In this document: positions 31,496-33,532 of the stretch, in pieces
Position numbering within the stretch: position 1 is the stretch's first letter
Layout: each line of letters opens with the position of its first letter
Origin: Acidobacteriota bacterium
GTDB lineage: Bacteria; Acidobacteriota; UBA6911; RPQK01; JADFOI01
Assembly: GCA_022545645.1 (NCBI GenBank)
Contig: JACZQQ010000001.1
Location: 1 to 33,532 of the forward strand
Length of the DNA: 33,532 nt
Reading direction: 5' to 3'
The notes under the pieces: generated by a model
What the model was told of the DNA's origin: nothing
Databases searched by the model: none
Seen by the model: the letters and a program-made list of their open reading frames with translations, nothing else
Program-made: the position numbers and the translations under genes

Positions 31496-33532
31496 CCGGC
31501 GTCCCGCCAATGCTAGCGAGATCTTTCGAAAGCTGGCTGGAAAGCTGAAGGGGTTTCGTCTGCTGGAAGGCCTTCATGGGCCGGATTCTGCCTTCCTCTT
31601 CTCGGCACTCTCTCGGCAGTCGCCGGCTCCCTGTCTGTGGTTGTGTCTCAATAATCGCCAGGCCGAAAAGATCGCTGAGAACCTGCGCTTCTTTTTGCCA
31701 CAGGGAAATGAAGATCAGGTTTTGGTCCTTCCCGGGTCAGAAGCAAATCCCTATCGCGGCCTGTCGCCCCATCCGGAGATCGCCGCCAAAAGAGCCCTCG
31801 CTTTGTGGAGGCTTCTGAAAAATCATTCTGGATTCCTTGTGACCACCCTCGCTTCCATACTCACTCGGTTGCCGTCGCCAGCTGATTTTCAGAGTCATTG
31901 CATTTCTCTTGAAGTAGGTCGTTTCCTGCCCCTGAATCACCTGATACAGGGACTGCAGGACACCGGTTATGTGCGGGAAGATCCGGTGAGTGAGGTGGGC
32001 GAGTATTCCATTCGAGGTGGGATCGTCGATATCTTTTCCTCAGCCCATGAAAATCCGGTTCGAATTGAGTTTTTCGGAGACCAGATTGAGTCGATGCGCG
32101 AATTCGATCCCAGCACTCAGCGATCCATTGGGCTTATTCCCTCCTGCCAGGTGGTGCCCATGCGCGAGATGATCTTGACCGAACGTGAAATTGCGCAATG
32201 GCACAAGGAAGCTCCTGAACATTGGAATGAGGTGCGCTTTGCAGAGGCTCTGCAGGAGAAGTTCCAGTTTACTGAAAACCGCGAGTTGTTCAACGGCTTT
32301 GAATATGTGTTTCCGCTGGTGGTCGATACCGAACATCATCTGTTGGAGTTTCTTCCCGGATCGCAAGATTTGCGGGTGGTGATTCCAGATGGACAGGGTT
32401 TTCTGGAGGAACTCGATCGATTGAGCTCCAGCCACCAGGAAGCCTTTCAAGAGCAACATAGCAAGGGGGAGCTTGTTTTGCCTCCCCAGCGATTGTTTTT
32501 CGGCAAGAAATGGCTGGAGGAAGTACTGGAGGAGCGTCAAGCAGTCTTTATCGAACAACTGTCGGACAAGCCGCATGAGGTTTGCCGTTTCGATTTTCAG
32601 GTGGAACGCAAGTATAAGGGCCGAATCCAGGACATCCTGACCGATCTCAGTCGATGGCAGGACTCCCATGAACGAGTTGTTTTTGTCATGAGTTCACAAG
32701 GTATGGCGGAACGTGTCGCTCACCTCTTGGAAGAATATGGAGTGGTCAGCCACTTTGTGCAAAAGGGAATCGATGAAGCGCTCGCTCACCCCTTGTCCGT
32801 TATGCAAGGGAAACTCTCAGAGGGTTTCTATTCACCCAGCCTGGGACTGCATATCCTCACTCAGGAGAATTTCTTCGAGGAAAGCCAACTGAGGGCCGCC
32901 AGAAAGCCGGCTCATCCCGAGATCGCCGCCCAGTTTCTTTCCGATTTCCGAGACCTCAAAAAAGGGGACTATGTTGTTCACATTGATCACGGAATTGGAG
33001 TGTTTTTGGGTCTGGAGCGGATCGGGGTGGGGGAAGAGCTCAAGGAATTTGTGGTGTTGTCCTATCGCAACAGCGCCAAGTTGTACGTCCCCATCGATCG
33101 CCTGGGCCTGATCCAAAAGTACAGTGGAGCGGGTGGAACAGCACCTAAAATCGACCGGCTGGGAGGAGCGTCCTGGGAAAAGACCAAGCGACGCATCAAG
33201 AAGTCCATGCGGGACCTGGCCGAGGACCTGCTCAAGCTCTATGCCCGTCGGGAGATGGAGAAGGGATATGCTTTTTCAACCGATGATTCCTTGAGCAAGG
33301 AATTTGAGGAAGCGTTTGAATATGAGGAAACTCCTGACCAGTTGGCGGCCATTCAGAATGTCAAACAGGACATGGAAGCAGAGCGGCCGATGGATCGGTT
33401 GATTTGCGGTGATGTGGGTTATGGAAAAACGGAGGTGGCGATGCGAGCGGCTTTCAAAGCCGTCAATGACAGCAAACAAGTGGCTGTTCTTGCTCCCACC
33501 ACAGTCCTGGCCTTCCAGCACTACAATACCTT
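31467..33532 (+). CDS. mfd: transcription-repair coupling factor Mfd (5' partial; runs off the window)
   Basis: Hand translation of frame +3 is open from 31467 to the window end. It reads ...LEGLHGPDSAFLFSAL... (UvrB-like N-terminus), then DYVVHIDHGIGVFLGL (CarD-like RID), then LICGDVGYGKTEVAMRAAF (helicase motif I). The only start codon in frame is TTG at 31467, which overlaps hldC by 29 nt. Confidence 0.9.
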   Translation, partial: MTEFEDQESSRRPANASEIFRKLAGKLKGFRLLEGLHGPDSAFLFSALSRQSPAPCLWLCLNNRQAEKIAENLRFFLPQGNEDQVLVLPGSEANPYRGLSPHPEIAAKRALALWRLLKNHSGFLVTTLASILTRLPSPADFQSHCISLEVGRFLPLNHLIQGLQDTGYVREDPVSEVGEYSIRGGIVDIFSSAHENPVRIEFFGDQIESMREFDPSTQRSIGLIPSCQVVPMREMILTEREIAQWHKEAPEHWNEVRFAEALQEKFQFTENRELFNGFEYVFPLVVDTEHHLLEFLPGSQDLRVVIPDGQGFLEELDRLSSSHQEAFQEQHSKGELVLPPQRLFFGKKWLEEVLEERQAVFIEQLSDKPHEVCRFDFQVERKYKGRIQDILTDLSRWQDSHERVVFVMSSQGMAERVAHLLEEYGVVSHFVQKGIDEALAHPLSVMQGKLSEGFYSPSLGLHILTQENFFEESQLRAARKPAHPEIAAQFLSDFRDLKKGDYVVHIDHGIGVFLGLERIGVGEELKEFVVLSYRNSAKLYVPIDRLGLIQKYSGAGGTAPKIDRLGGASWEKTKRRIKKSMRDLAEDLLKLYARREMEKGYAFSTDDSLSKEFEEAFEYEETPDQLAAIQNVKQDMEAERPMDRLICGDVGYGKTEVAMRAAFKAVNDSKQVAVLAPTTVLAFQHYNT

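Noticed and set aside
32040-32669. 209-aa minus-strand ORF, plus 32832..33116 and 33276..33521
   Set aside because: They are antisense to mfd. The plus-strand frame carries the CarD-like RID and helicase motif I.

Overview
This is a chromosomal segment, about 52-55% GC by eye, from a bacterium that looks Acidobacteriota-like or related. That placement is a low-confidence inference from gene content: a TIGR02999-type ECF sigma factor paired with a Ser/Thr kinase, a MoxR/DUF58/BatA_N/DUF4159 cluster, and REP-like 'GGGGACAGTCCCC' and 'GGGCGCACGGCCGTGCGCCC' palindromes. Most of the window is housekeeping and densely coded. From left to right it contains: (i) small unknown genes and a REP cluster. 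(ii) A minus-strand run of ECF sigma, membrane Ser/Thr kinase, CDP-alcohol phosphatidyltransferase, GtrA and a secreted protein. (iii) A 276-bp non-coding element flanked by 33-bp inverted repeats. (iv) An ~11-kb minus-strand MoxR AAA+ / DUF58 / vWA-membrane operon that also encodes a TPR-HExxH metalloprotease-like protein, a C13/caspase-like protein whose nucleophile position is Ser, and DUF4159. (v) hom, tRNA(CAU), hemB, carD. (vi) thrC-lysC preceded by a clear SAM-I riboswitch with its own terminator. (vii) tilS, then ftsH-folP-cdaA-cdaR-glmM, hldC (rfaE domain II) and the 5' two-thirds of mfd. I see no CRISPR array, rRNA, transposase, integrase or recognisable defence gene. The items most worth follow-up are the expanded MoxR/vWA/protease operon (function unknown), the TIR-flanked 276-bp element upstream of the sigma/kinase pair, the SAM riboswitch controlling a ThrC homologue plus aspartokinase, and several short-repeat families, one of which sits in frame inside tilS. 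No item here is a demonstrably new system; all functional calls rest on motif recognition by eye and need HMM or CM searches.
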